Shown here: piece after piece, positions 24,132 through 33,705 of the stretch | Position numbering within the stretch: the stretch's first letter is position 1 | Layout of the letters: the number at the start of each line of letters is the position of its first letter | NCBI GenBank assembly: GCA_026025795.1 | Contig: JAPEUG010000026.1 | Coordinates: 1 to 64,000 of the forward strand | DNA: 64,000 nucleotides | DNA from: Thelocarpon superellum | Taxonomy: Eukaryota | Direction of reading: 5' to 3' | Notes under the pieces: model-generated | Seen by the model: only the letters and a program-made list of their open reading frames with translations | Told to the model about the DNA's origin: nothing | Database searches by the model: none | Program-made: the position numbers and the translations under genes

Positions 24132-25729
24132 GATGCTCGCAGACGTGCCGAGGTCGCGACGAGGTCGCGGACGATGGCACGGCGAGCCGGATGAAGTGAA
24201 CGGCGGAACGTGTTCAGTCCTGCGATGGCCAGTCGGACGAGTGGGCGGACGTCGGGTTATGGAAGGCCATTCCCCGTGGCCACAGGCTCCCGTCCGGTGG
24301 GAGGAAGGGAGGGGGGTGGTATCCAAGCTCACGGTCAACGTCAGATGGCCACCTGGGCTGGACTGCTCTCGGCACTAGTTGCGTGACGATACCACCTTCA
24401 CCACGGCGGGACCGAAGGGTGATGGGATGGCGGATGTGCCGAGCCAAGAGTCCAAGCGGGAAAGAGGCGATCAGCTCGAGAGCGAGTGTGGAGGGTGGCC
24501 AATCGTCAGCTGAAAGGCGCCTTCAGCCACGCTGGAGCAGGAGAATGCATGCATCGGAATGGGATGCCTTCGGGCGTATCTGGTGCACAATTACTCGCAC
24601 CAGCGTCGAGCGACGCGGTACGAGTAACATAGTCGTCCCGGTGGGTGACACAGTATGGTAGGAGGGACGAGGGAAGCGTGTCAAGGACTGGCCCTAGCGC
24701 CTAGCTGGCGCCTCTCGTATCAGGGCTGCACGGGGCAGTGCAAAGGCGCTCTCGATCATGTCAACTCGCTTGCGTCGGGATGTGATTCCCTTGCGTTCTA
24801 GCTTGTGGAATGGATCGATCTTTGGCCCTTTCAACCCGTTGCACGCTCATCTAAGCATTTGGTCTGTATCTACTACTTTTGCTCCAGCGCGCGTGAAACC
24901 ACGGTGGATGCGTCTGGCTCAGCACGACTGTACATTGGTCCGTTGATCCTTGCGTTTCGAACGGACAGGCTCTCTTAGGCTGGTCCTTAAGGCGAGGCGT
25001 CTCCTACCGTGGACTACCTCCCGTTGTCCTGATATGACCAGCTGACCCGACCTCTGTACCCAAGAGAAGTGATCACCTCTAGCCGCAGCGATTGGGGATA
25101 CTCGAGCAGGTAGCTCAACCTCACACACCATCCAGACTGTCCTTATTGGACTTCGACCTGTGCTCCCAATTCACCACGATGAAGCTCCAGACATCCAGCT
25201 ACGATCGCTGGATCGCCGAAATAGTCGTCGTACTATTCCCCATTGTTGCTACGTCACCCATGTCCATCGGTACACATTCCGACGAGGCTGCGGCTTCGCA
25301 ACCTTGCAATCTCCTGTGAAAACCTTTCTTGGCAGTATGGCTGCAGCGGTTGCTCGTCTCTGCCTCTCCCTATCGACTTTTGTCCGTTCATGCACCCTAC
25401 TATGGCCAATCTCATGCAGATGTGGCACCAGCCGCTGCAGGGCCAACCACTGCAGTTCTGCATCTGCATTGTTTTCGCAACCCTTGCTGTCGGCTTTGTC
25501 AATCTGAGTGGTGTGCTTCTCAGATCAAGAAGTGGTGAGTGATGACGACGTCCTGTCCATCACAGGTCCTGATCCAAACCAGGCGATGATAGCTTATCGA
25601 TAGTGCTTCGTGTCTTTCTTTTGATTGGCCTCCTTGCATCTTCATCCATCCTACAAAGTACGGCTGGAGCGATCCTGTGCAGTTTAGATTATTGACAAGC
25701 CTGCAGTTGTGCATACTTCAGAGGGTCGG

Positions 25730-25975
25730 TGTGACGACGAGGCCTACAGCTCGGCGGAAACAGTAGACGTCGTCAATAGGAGTTGACTCTGTAGCTCCTA
25801 GGGCTCATAGACCTACGACTAGCCTCCTTGTGTTACTCGAGTTGAACACTGGGGCTCTGCCAGGTCGTAGTGGGACTCGGTTTATATACAGTGTGCCAGG
25901 TCACATGCTGTATCACGCCACCATCACGTGACCTCTCCTATTCTCGCGGCCAGGCGCGGAGCTCCCGGCCTCACA
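25730..25975 (-). mobile_element. Solo LTR copy 1 (246 bp), no matching TSD
   Basis: TGTGA...TCACA termini; aligns end to end with the copies at 28477 and 28809; flanks GTCGG and GCATC differ; orientation inferred from TATATAAA on the minus strand. Confidence 0.88.
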
Positions 25976-26293
25976 GCATCCCTAGAGCTCGAGGGTTGTG
26001 GTACATAGTCGTTCTGGTCATTCACGTCTACAACGACTCTCGTCCCGATTCTCAAATGCATCACCTTGAAGGCAGTCACGTCGAGGAAGCGCCAGGCGAG
26101 GTCTCAGGTGTCAAATGTTGGAAGTTCAGAGGTCTTGCATCAGTCAAAGAAAGAGGATACGATCTAAAAAATCACACAACGCTATTGTATCTATATATAT
26201 CTAGGAGGGATCGAGTGCTGGGATACTCTGTTCTATCTCCATCAACGATTCGCTCGATGAGCAGGCAACAACAACAACTAAATACCATGCCCT

Positions 26294-27748
26294 CTACTGA
26301 CCGCGCTTGAAGATAGTGATGCACGTCTGCCAAAATGCGCATGCTCTGGGTCGTGGAGTGGTCCGCCACGGCCATCGCGCGCCTCGGCCCCACGTCTCGT
26401 CCAACGTCGGGTCCACCCTCGGGCCTGCGCCGCACCCGCCGCCGGCGGGCGGCGGGTGGGCGGCCTGGTTGGGGAAAGAGCCCGCAGATTGGGTGTCGCC
26501 TGCGTTCCCCATGGTCGATGCGCCGTTGCTCCCCGACCCGCCTTGGCCCGTCGCCTGACCACCCCCCGGGCCCGCGTCGCTCGCATCCTCTGTGTTGATG
26601 CATTCGTCGCGCGCTGGCTGGACGGTGGAGGAAGTGTAGTAATAGACTCCGAAGTTGGCGATCATGTATACATCGTTGCTTTGGGGCACGACATATCCAT
26701 TGGGTTGCTCACCAGGTCGAAGATCTCGCATGACCCGTGTCAGAGTTTGGGCAAGGGCCAAACCTTGCCCCCGAGTAAGCTCCGAGAATTCATCGTGAAA
26801 AGACCACATAAGGAACCGGACGGAGAACTCGACGCCGATTCCTCTGACCATGACCAACTCTGTAGACATGCATTGATGAGGAATTCGAGACGACAGAGAG
26901 CCTCTATCGGAATTCATCGCGACTTGGAGTGAAAGCCTCAAAGAGCTCATCGCCCTCAGTATGGCATTATGTAGCTCGTTTGTTGGCAGGTGAGACACTG
27001 CGGCATCCACCGGCTCTGGTAAGTTGAACAAGACCAGGTTAGCGAAATCCCAACGGTTGTCTGGCGCACCCGTGGTGGTGAGATGGCGGCTTGGTGAAAG
27101 GAAAGGCGTGGCTTGTGTTGCTGTTGAATTATTGAGTGCATTGACAGGCGCTGCGTCCACCTCGACAACCTGCAGAGGAGCTATGATGCCAAGATGGGCA
27201 CGAACGACTCCGTCCGGGTCCTTGATCAGGCCAGAATACAGGGTGTGATATCCGGGATTTTCTTCCGTGTCCTTCAACAGAATTTGGAGCAATGTGGTGT
27301 AATCGGCCGAGGTCAAGACCAGTGGCGTTGGATCAGAGGGGGCTGGCCAGACCGCCATCTCCAGCTCGTTGAAGGTGGCATTGAAGGAAGCGCCCGGCGC
27401 CTGGATGGCGGGCCCACCGGAAGCCGCATCGATCGCTGCCCGCAGGGCTGCCTGGAGCTTGTCTACCCCAAAATGCAGTGCTGGCACAGTGGAATTGCCA
27501 TCCGCCAGGTCGCCATGACTGAACGTGAAACTGAATTGCTTTCCCTGCGTATCCGGCGATCCCGACGCGCCTGCCAGAAAAGTCTTGGGCAGGCGAACGG
27601 TGCGGCCGTGTGCGGCACGTTCACCCACCCGATTGATGGCGTGTGGTAGAGAGCTGGAGTCATGCCGCATGCCAGCAGCAATCGTCACCGCACTGACATG
27701 GGTGCGGACAGTAAACGACAGAACGACGAGAAGGACTGACCAACGCAT
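26294..27748 (-). CDS. Orphan putative secreted protein (about 466 aa after removing a likely in-frame 54-nt intron at 27069-27016)
   Basis: 484-codon ORF with signal-peptide-like MRWSVLLVVLSFTVRTHVSA; internal GTGCGC...GCTAAC...CAG intron signals; TATA box about 95 nt upstream; no family recognised. Confidence 0.75.
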   Translation of the reverse strand: MRWSVLLVVLSFTVRTHVSAVTIAAGMRHDSSSLPHAINRVGERAAHGRTVRLPKTFLAGASGSPDTQGKQFSFTFSHGDLADGNSTVPALHFGVDKLQAALRAAIDAASGGPAIQAPGASFNATFNELEMAVWPAPSDPTPLVLTSADYTTLLQILLKDTEENPGYHTLYSGLIKDPDGVVRAHLGIIAPLQVVEVDAAPVNALNNSTATQATPFLSPSRHLTTTGAPDNRWDFANLVLFNLPEPVDAAVSHLPTNELHNAILRAMSSLRLSLQVAMNSDRGSLSSRIPHQCMSTELVMVRGIGVEFSVRFLMWSFHDEFSELTRGQGLALAQTLTRVMRDLRPGEQPNGYVVPQSNDVYMIANFGVYYYTSSTVQPARDECINTEDASDAGPGGGQATGQGGSGSNGASTMGNAGDTQSAGSFPNQAAHPPPAGGGCGAGPRVDPTLDETWGRGARWPWRTTPRPRACAFWQTCITIFKRGQ

Positions 27749-27841
27749 TGTGGGCTAAAGAGAGTAGAGTGGGACCAGATGCTGCAGGCGTCTAACACTC
27801 GAGTCTTTGGCCGCAAGAGATCGCGCTCGTGGCATGACAGC

Positions 27842-27850
27842 TTTATATAT
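27842..27850 (-). promoter_or_regulatory. TATA box of the orphan secreted-protein gene
   Basis: ATATATAAA on the minus strand about 95 nt upstream of the ATG at 27748. Confidence 0.6.
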
Positions 27851-28476
27851 CGACCCGTTGCCGCCACCAGCGTACGGACGTCGAGCATGCATCAAGGATG
27901 TAATTAGCAAGACGGCCATGACGCTATGGATTTCCTCTCAAACACAATAATCCCTCGCTTCCATCCATCTTCTGCGCAGGATTTGCTGACTTTGGGAGGG
28001 AACTCCATGCTTGGCTGGGGTGTGATGATTGGCTCGGAAGAGAGAGGAACGAGACTGAGTTGGGACTTATATGATTCAGGCAGCAACTGTTCATATGTTG
28101 TTAGAACATTCACTTTTAAGGCATGAGTCTCTACATGGCACCAAGTCTGCATGTGCTGATGAAAAAAACATGGAGCATGTTATTGAACAAATGCGCATTG
28201 ATTGACGTTTGCTAGACATGACTACAATGGACTATAACACCGAGTGTGGACTACGATGGACTATAACACTGAGTGCGGATTCTGGATTCCGAATTCCACA
28301 CAGTGCAGTACAACAACAACTGATGGAGATGATGCTGCACCACCCAGTGTAGACAAGGGAGAGGTTTGATTAGAATGTAGTCTATAAGAGGGAGATTTCT
28401 CAATCCCTGTGGCACTGCTATCTACAGCTTAGCCTGGCCCAGGCTGATTTCAGAATCCTCTGTGAGATAGCCAGTC

Positions 28477-28733
28477 TGTGACAACGAAGGCCTACAGCTA
28501 GGTGGAAACAGTAGATGTAGTCAATAGAGTTGACTCTGTGGCTCCTAGGGCTCATAGACCTATGACTAGCCTCCTTGTGTTACTCAAGTTGAACACTAGG
28601 GCTCTGCTAGCTCACAGCGGGACTTGGTTTATATACAGCGTGCCAGGTCACATGCCATATCATGTGACCATCACATGGCCATCACATGATCACTCCTATC
28701 CTCGTGGCGAGGCGTGGAGCTCCCGGCCTCACA
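28477..28733 (-). mobile_element. Solo LTR copy 2 (257 bp) with 5-bp TSD CAGTC
   Basis: TGTGA...TCACA termini; CAGTC at 28472-28476 and 28734-28738. Confidence 0.93.
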
Positions 28734-28808
28734 CAGTCTCACTAGATGGCCACTCAACTGATGATCCCTAGGCACCACTCATCACTATAAGCTGTTGCTC
28801 ATCCTTGG

Positions 28809-29065
28809 TGTGATGACAAAGGCCTACAGCTAGGCGGAAACAGTAGACATAGTCAATGGAGTTGACTTCGTGGCTCCTAGGGCTCATAGACCTATGACTA
28901 GCCTCCTTGGGTTACTCGAGTTGGACACTGGGGCTCTGCTAGCTCGCAGCGGGACTCGGTTTATATACAGCGTGCCAGGTCACGTGCCGTATCATGTGAC
29001 CATCATGTGGCCATCACGTGATCACTCCTATCCTCGTGGCGAGGCGTGGAGCTCCCGGCCTCACA
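28809..29065 (-). mobile_element. Solo LTR copy 3 (257 bp) with 5-bp TSD CTTGG
   Basis: TGTGA...TCACA termini; CTTGG at 28804-28808 and 29066-29070; about 92% identical to copy 2 by eye. Confidence 0.93.
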
Positions 29066-29193
29066 CTTGGCTTCTTGCACAGCTTGATTGATGACCTCTC
29101 CCACCTCCATGTCATCTTCTTCCTCCATCCAGCCATGGTATTGGCTCTGAAGGGTCAAGTGCATTGCTGGATTGAGATGGCCAGGATCTGCCA

Positions 29194-29260
29194 GGTCCTC
29201 TGTGGGTGGGTCCTCTGTGGGTGGGTCCTCTGTGGGTGGGTCCTCTGTGGGTGGGTCCTC
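29194..29260. repeat. 15-bp tandem repeat GGTCCTCTGTGGGTG x4.5 (encodes EDPPT repeats on the minus strand)
   Basis: Directly visible perfect repeat inside the transposon remnant. Confidence 0.95.
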
Positions 29261-29477
29261 GAGTCCAGCAGGCTCTGGAAGCTCTGGTTGATAGGTCTGG
29301 GCCTGGGGATCTTTGCAAGGGTGGCCACACCAAAGCTCTGAGGTGAAGCAGCACATGCAGCAGCTCCATCTCAGATCCCAGTCGCTGGCTGCGTGGAGTT
29401 TGGAATCAGCAATCCGGAATTTGCTACACAAATTCGTGAATTCCGGATGTGTCGCACTCGGCGTTATAGTCTGTCGT

Positions 29478-29547
29478 AAATGACGCACCCCACGCGGCTT
29501 TGGAAGGCGCAAATGACGCACCCCACCCAGCTTTGGAAGGCGCAAAT
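29478..29547. repeat. 33-bp tandem duplication AAATGACGCACCCCAC(GCG/CCA)GCTTTGGAAGGCGC abutting the right TIR
   Basis: Two copies with 2 mismatches. Confidence 0.9.
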
Positions 29548-30183
29548 AGTCATTTTGTACGCGGTCAGCGGCCCGATACCTACGCAGCGCCAGCTCGCAT
29601 CGCTGCGAGCGATAGTGGCGGAGTTATCAGGCACCTTCTACCACGTTGGACCATATGGTGTCAGACAATGCACATGCATTGACAGATGTTGAGGAGGTTT
29701 CTCCATACGATTGCATCGATCTACGTTTGGTCGCCAGGTCGCTACTGGGGAGTCGCATGAATGATGCGCAGCGGAAATGTCAAATGTCCATCACTATTTA
29801 CAGACTTGAGGCATTCTCGACCACATGTTCCGTCTGCCACTGACATGTTCTGATACTTCCGTCTTACCCGCCCGCGCATACACGAGTAGATGCTGAGCTC
29901 CAACACGAAAAGCGGCCTGAACCATGCCTAAATCATGCCTAATCCGGGAAATTTACAGGTTGAATTTGCGAGTCCGACTATCGAATAGTCCAATCTGGAG
30001 AGCAAAAAATCTTCCCCCCCCGGCGGATGGTGTACAATGGAGACGAGGGAGATGGTAACTGCTCACTACAATCTACCGAGGCCAGGTACGTACACAACAT
30101 CAGTTAACGACGGACGAAAAGCGTCTGTACCACTGGAATGTCGCCATCAACCCCAGCATTGCCTCCTACCAATGGTACTCACC

Positions 30184-33100
30184 TCAACCCTCCCAGTTCG
30201 CATTCTACGATATGTTAGCGCGCCTTTGGTCGCCGTACCGTCAGCAACACTCACCTTTCGCAGAATCACTAGACCCTCCAACGTGCTTGTCAGACTCAGG
30301 TATTGCTCATCCTCGAGCTCAGCCCGTTCGCCGTACGCGAGCAGCACCGGCGTGCTCTGCGTCTGCCAGCCCGTGATGGTCTTCGGTCGGCCCGCCTGAC
30401 CGACCACGTCCACGGCTTGACCGACGCGCACATTCACAGTGAGAGGTTTGAGGTCTTCGTCAAGCGTGACCAGGAAGCGCGGGTGCATGGCCGTGACGAG
30501 GAAGTAGAGGAGGAAGTGCGACTCGCCCAACACGAACTGCTTCGCATCGATCATGGCCACGAGGACGGTCAGGATGCCGGCGGCGGCCACCTGCGAGAGC
30601 ACTTGGCGGTCGGTGTGAAAGGGCGAGATGGACAGCGTGCCCTTGCCCATGTGGAGCAGGCCCTGTGCGATCCGCACCATGAAGAGGGAGTTTTGGTCAC
30701 GATGGTAGTAGCTGGCGAGTTGACGGAGGAGCTGGGCGAGGCGCGCGTTGTTCGTGCCGGCGCCCAAGAGGCCCATGGCGAAGATGGCGTTGACGGCCAC
30801 GTCGTTGTCGTTGTCGTGGCTGTACCGCGAGAGCGTGTCGTACACCTTCATCTGCGCGTTGCTGGGGCTGATGAGTCCCATGGCCAGGGGAACGGCCTTG
30901 CGGATGTTGGCTTCGCCGTAGTGCATGAGATGGCCAAACGTGCGCAGGACCATCTCCTGCCCCACCTCCTCGCCCATCGCCACCAGTCCCAAGCCGATCA
31001 CGGCGTAGGCTTGGAGCAGCTCATCGCCCTTCTTGTCGTCATCCCCTTCAATATGCTCGTTGCAGATGTGGAGGAGCTCTTGCAACTTCAACACCGTGCC
31101 CGTGCCCGCCCAGGCGCACACCTCGGCCAGCACCGACGTGGGTTTGGACATGGGGTGGTCGATGGCCTTGAGCGTCTCGAGGATCACATCCACCTCCTCC
31201 TGTTTTCCAAAGTACACCAGCGCCAGACCGAGCGCCATGAATCGCGTCCACTTGTCCTTGAGCTGATTCGTCCGTTCCTCGTCGAAGAAAGTCTGGATGA
31301 TGGCTTCGCTGACCACGTCGTTCGACGAACCCACGAAGATCAGGCCCAGCGAGAGCGCGGCCATGGCGGACAGTTGCATGTCGAGCGACGTGTCCCCGAC
31401 GATCGGCAGCAGCAACTCCAACAGTTCGGCCTTGTTGGACCCGGCAAACGAGAGACCCAGGCCCATGATGGACGCCATCCGGATGGGCACGCTCTTGCTC
31501 TGCAGATTGTCTTCGTCGCTCAGCAGCGCCATCGCCGGGTCGCCCTCGATCCGTACGCCCGAATTGATGATGCCGATGGCCAGCATGGCGCCGGCCTTGA
31601 TATGATCTTCCTGCGCATACGTGAATTTGTCGATCTTGTCCAGGCCCATCTCCACGTCCCACTGCATGAGCATGCCCATACTCGCCGCCGTCGACATCAT
31701 TCCTACGCGAGTCGCCCGAGTTAAGGAGTGCGAGGGGACGAGATGTGGCGTGCTCACCCTCGTCTTTGGTCTTGTACACCCAATTGCCTCGACCGTCGCC
31801 GTCCACCAGCATCATCTTGTCGCTGCCAAAGCCCGCGTTGGCAAAGGCATTGACGAACGCGCTCGCAAGATTATGTCGTGCCGAGTCGACGTTCGTCAGG
31901 CCGGCCACGCGGCTGCTCTCGAGATGACTCTTGTAGATGTCCTCGGTCGTTTTGGGGTCCAAGATGTTGAGCTCCTTGGCGAGCGACTTGAAGTGTTCCG
32001 GCAGCTTGGTGTTGCTCAGACATTCTGCAATCTCCATGTCCTCTTCCGTCTCCATCGGTAAGTCGAGCCAGATCTGTTGCCGGGCGATCAAGAAGGCCAT
32101 CTGCTTTTTCAGCGACTTGTCCTCGGTCGAGGTGAAGTCGCTCTGGATCAGGTCCAAGTCATTCAGGCGAATGGCAATCACGATGGCCTGGGCCAGTTTG
32201 TTGTACTGCTTGTAGATGTCATGTGCGGTGCGGAGGAATTGCTGGTCTTCGGGGTAGGTGAGGAGGGAGACCATGCTGCCGTCCGTCAGCCAGTGTCAAG
32301 CGGCAAATGAAGCGGACATCAGGTCTTACCTGACCATGTACAAGCAAACGCGATGATACGTGTTCTCGTCGAGAAACTTGGGAATCTCTTCGATCATCTC
32401 GAGCTCGCTCAAGATATCGACGGCATCAGCCTCGGCGTTGTGGCTGAGGAAATATGGAACGAGAGAGAGGGCGAGGTCGACGAGATCCTGATATGGTTTC
32501 TCATCCGCCATGCGTTTCTGGTACTCCTGCCCGATCTCGAGCGCCAGATGTCGGACGTATTCGTGACCCCATGATCCAATCTCGTTGGAGGGTGCCAGCA
32601 ATCGGTACTTGAGCGAGTCTAGTCGTTCCTCGTCCGAGTATGTCATGCCCAGTACCGACAGCACATCCGCTAACGAGTCCTGCCTCGATATCAGCGCCAT
32701 CCTTTCCGCATTCTCGTCAGAAGATGCACGGAGACACGCTACCTTCTCCTCGCCCGCGGGCCAGTCCTCGTAGCGCTTGGTGAGCGCCTCGTAGTGCGGT
32801 CGAAGGAATTTGAGAGGCTTGGGGACGGCGGTCATGGAGGAGGTGGAAGTTTTGATGAAGTCTTTGATGGCCTCCAAGGCCGACTTGTGCAGGGTCGTGT
32901 CGGGCTCCTGGGCATTTGGGTAATGTTAGCTCGGATCATCGTTCTGACGGTGCAGAGCGCAGACCAAGAGCCGCTCTACGAGCATCTCAAGCTCGTTCTT
33001 GAGTTGCTGGTCCTCGTCGCTGAGCTCTTCTGCGAGAGAAGAGACACGTCAGTGCATAGCTCAATCCCACGAGCTGTTCTCCTCACCCTCTCTTGGCTCT

Positions 33101-33246
33101 ACATCCTGCTTGCCGTTGACGACGGGCTTCCCGTCCTTGTCCTTCTTCACCTCGTCGCTTTTCTTGACGCCATCTTTCCCGTCCACCTCGACGACCTTGC
33201 CCTTACCTTTGTCGGCCGAGGTGGGCTTCTTCTCATCCACGGCCAT
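30184..33246 (-). CDS. RPN1: 26S proteasome regulatory subunit Rpn1 (exons 33246-33087, 33029-32965, 32907-32743, 32679-32330, 32275-31758, 31702-30255, 30204-30184)
   Basis: EELSDEDQQLKNELEMLVERL; TSTSSMTAVPKPLKFLRPHY; SWGHEYVRHLALEI; PC repeats; VRVGQAVDVVGQAGRPKTITGWQTQSTPVLL. Confidence 0.97.
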
Positions 33247-33705
33247 CGAAGCGAGTCCAGACTCAGCAGGTCAAGTGGTGATTGAGCGTGGCGAGCGCGA
33301 CGACGGGGTCCAGGAGACAGAGAAGTGGCAGGTCAAAGACACAGAGGCGGCAGAAGAATCAGGGTGTGTCACGGGTGTAGCGGTTCTGGTCTCCAAGGGA
33401 AAAGCGGTGGGTGCATGGGGCGGAGGTGATAGATGTAGTCCTGGGGTGTTGATCGGCCACCAGGATCACACGAGCTATCGTCTCTCTGCCGCTGCTCTCT
33501 TGACTCTCAGTAACCGGGATGGATCGAGCACGCCAGTACTCGTACTCCCGTACCGGCATGCCAGGCGAAGACGGGCAGGTTTAGCCTCGAAGCACACAAT
33601 CATGACCGGGGAGCACCTCACAGACCACCACCCCACCAACTACTGAGATGTGAAGATTCTAGTATCCTCCACTTGGCCCGGAAACCACTCCAGACCATAG
33701 ACAAC

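Larger units (their letters stand above)
28220..29478. mobile_element. Decayed TIR DNA transposon remnant (TA-flanked, possibly Tc1/mariner superfamily) carrying two nested solo LTRs
   Basis: TACGATGGACTATAACACTGAGTGCG (28252-28277) is the inverted repeat of 29453-29478 (22/26, all mismatches transitions); a second inverted block pairs about 28276-28303 with 29389-29416; left TIR is tandemly duplicated (29 bp x2, 28220-28277); interior is CpG-depleted. Confidence 0.72.

Noticed and set aside
25730..29065. Secreted gene captured inside a single LTR retrotransposon
   Set aside because: Copies 2 and 3 each have their own TSD, copy 1 flanks match neither, and no gag/pol sequence is visible
28220..29547. 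CRISPR-like array suggested by 29-, 15- and 33-bp repeats
   Set aside because: Repeats are contiguous with no spacers, there are no cas genes, and the context is eukaryotic
30303..31724. 473-aa plus-strand ORF, and similar long ORFs such as 15080-16264, 22966-23865, 53721-54617 and 12585-13715
   Set aside because: Antisense or alternative-frame shadows of real high-GC3 genes; no independent motifs
33247..33705. Rpn4 PACE element upstream of RPN1
   Set aside because: Only partial matches (AGTGGCAG, GGCGGCAG); not distinguishable from chance
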